Assembly: GCF_009914755.1 (NCBI RefSeq) | Contig: NC_060947.1 | DNA from: the human T2T-CHM13v2.0 reference genome, Homo sapiens | Length of the DNA: 64,000 bases | Strand: one strand, 5' to 3' | In this document: one piece after another, positions 61,621 through 64,000 of the stretch | Numbering within the stretch: the first letter of the stretch is position 1 | Layout: every line of letters begins with the position of its first letter | Notes under the pieces: generated by a model | Told to the model about the DNA's origin: nothing | What the model saw: the letters and a program-made list of their open reading frames with translations, nothing else | Database searches by the model: none | Program-made: the position numbers and the translations under genes

Positions 61621-62689
61621 TGCCTGTATGATTTCTTAAGACTACATGTAAATCTACAAGTGTGTCAAAATTAAAAGATTTATTAAAAATAAATAATTAT
61701 GTTAAGAGATTATAATCCATGAGCAAAATGGAAATACATAAGTCTGTACTGATATAAATAAATAAATAAACCTAAAAATATAAAATAGTACTCAAAGGTT
61801 CATAATGAAAAGTAGCAGTAATTTTTCCTCCTCACCTCCCAGTACACTTCTCAGGGACAACTACTTTCAACACTTTCAGTTGGGTTCTTCTTTTATTTAT
61901 CTGTATATTTCTATATGTAATTTCTAAGCTTATATTGCTGTTTTTATCAGTTTTTTCCATTATCTAGTGACTTCCTGTTTTGATACATGAGAATTTCTTC
62001 CACCCTCCCAACTCATTCTGCTAAATCAGTGGTCAAAATCTCTAAATATCTTTCATTTTTGAACCAAGGAGATTCAATGATTCTTTTTTGTATATCCTTT
62101 TGTTTTTAAAAGTTCTTAAAAGCATTGTATTTCCTTAGGCAATATGTACCTATCAAAATGCTTTGTCAGATCAGTCAAATGTCCACCAAAATTTTTCTGA
62201 CCCCTATGTGTATCAGGTAATGTAAAAATTCCATTTTACTTATTGGAAACTTCCTTCTTAGAGCTGCCTGTCTTTTTATTTGCCTGCTGTAAACTGGACT
62301 AATTGTTCCATAGGCTTGCAGCACTATTGTCATCCTGGAGCTTCCCTCCACTGTTACAGTATTGATGCCTTTGTTTACTAGACCTCATGTCTTCTTTCTC
62401 AGTTTACAACCTCATTTTGCAGGAGAAAATCCTCTAGTGTCCTCAAATCAGAGGATAAATGGGACGTAAAAATTTTAAGTCCTTTGATATTCTTGCATGA
62501 CTGAAAATGACTTTAGCCTAACTTGGCTCAATATAGAATTATACAATGAAAATAATTTGAAAGTGTTGCTGCACTTTCTCTAGGCTTCTAATATTGGTGC
62601 TGTAAAATTCAATGCTGCTTTCATTCCTGTTCTTTGTATGAAAAAAAGGACATAGGTATATATGCATAAATTGTCACAAATTTAAAAGC

Positions 62690-63420
62690 ACGAAGAAATA
62701 ATGTAAACAACTTTGTGCAAATACATATGAAGGCAGATGAATGGCATCTTGTACTAAAAAGCATAAGTTACCAAAATTGGCCTGAGAATAAATAATGACA
62801 GTTAAATAACCTAATAACCAGAAATAATTTGAATTACATTTAAAAGGCTTCCCACCACTTATACTGCAGGCCCCAATTGTTTTAGCAGTAGATTTTACCT
62901 CAACTCTTTAAGATGAAAAGCCTCCAATATTCATTTTTTATGAATATATTGTAATCTAATCTACGAATACATTACAACTAAAACCAGATAAGATCAGTAC
63001 AAGAAAAATTACAGACCAAACACCCAAATATAAATGGAAAAATCCAAAATAAAATTTTAGCAAGTCTATTTCAGTATTTTTAAAAAGTACATCATGAGCA
63101 AGTATAGTTCATTCCAAGAATGTAAAGATGTTGCAACATAAAAAGTCTACCAACATAATCACCACATTAACAGATTAGAGAAAAATATGACCATTCAATA
63201 CATGCAGAAAAATTATTTAATAAAATTCAACACTTACTCATGATTTTAAAAAGAACAATCTTTAGCAAACCAGGAATAGAAATGAACCTTTACTTAACAT
63301 GATATAGGGTATCAATTCAAAACTTAAAGGAAATATCATACTTTATGGTGAAACCTTAGAGGCCTTCTCATTAAAATAAAAAACAAGACAAGGGCACCTG
63401 CTAGTATTACCTCTATTCCT
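62690..63420 (+). mobile_element. Very old L1 (L1ME-like) ORF2 fragment
   Basis: catcatgagcaagta...attccaagaatgtaaagatg...taaaattcaacac...ggtgaaacc RT remnants. Confidence 0.7.
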
Positions 63421-64000
63421 GGGGTACAGAGGGAAGGGGTTGCTTCTCATCATAAGATCTCTTGTACTGTTGGCATGTTACTACATGTTCATTACTTTGA
63501 TTTTTAAATGTTTTTACATAAAAACGATTATAATCGAATTTATGGTTATTTCATGCTTGCTTTGCCCACCATACCTATGATTAAGTCAAAGCTTAATCAG
63601 AAATATATCATCTAATTATAATGTTGCTATTATAGAAATTCATTAACCTACTTTATAATGATCCTTCTTTGATGTGATTTCTAGGAATACAACATAGTGA
63701 GAAGTAAAGATAACCTGAAGTGACCATGTAAAATAAATTAAATTGTATCAACAGTCTTCTTAAGGGTCTTGTGATCAGCCAAAGCCTAGTTCATGAAACA
63801 CGCTAGGATCCCGAGTCTGGAAGGTCACAGAGGTATTCTTGTGCAACATGCCACCAAGTACTTGAACTCAGTATTTTCTTAATTGTTCCGTGTTCCTGAC
63901 TTATTTTCATATCACCCAAGGTGTAGAATACTAGGTTTAAGTCCTAAAATATTTTAACTTAACAATAATAATGATGGTAGTAAGATAATATGAAGATGAT

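Overview
Primate (human/catarrhine-type) genomic DNA, repeat-dense and apparently intronic or intergenic. I found no credible intact protein-coding gene, and nearly all ORF-track entries lie in Alu, L1, LTR or microsatellite sequence. The window holds about 43 Alu elements and several old L1s: a near full-length L1MC1-type, and internally deleted L1MA- and L1MD-type copies, almost all on +. It also holds a full-length HSMAR2 mariner, a solo LTR12 (ERV9), MER61, LTR33, MER54-like and MLT1 LTRs, hAT fossils, L2/MIR fragments and a Y1 RNA retropseudogene. The best signals are by-products of L1 retrotransposition and repair: three TSD-bounded captures of unique DNA (two L1 3' transductions, one carrying an exon-like cassette, and one polyadenylated orphan retrocopy), a 104-bp locally templated insertion in an Alu, same-site Y1/Alu insertion and a recombinant Alu trimer. 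Several minus-strand exon-like segments and the L1 strand bias suggest a minus-strand host transcript. I see no evidence of a new biological system. Subfamily names come from recalled consensus sequences, not a database search, and boundaries of old repeats are approximate.
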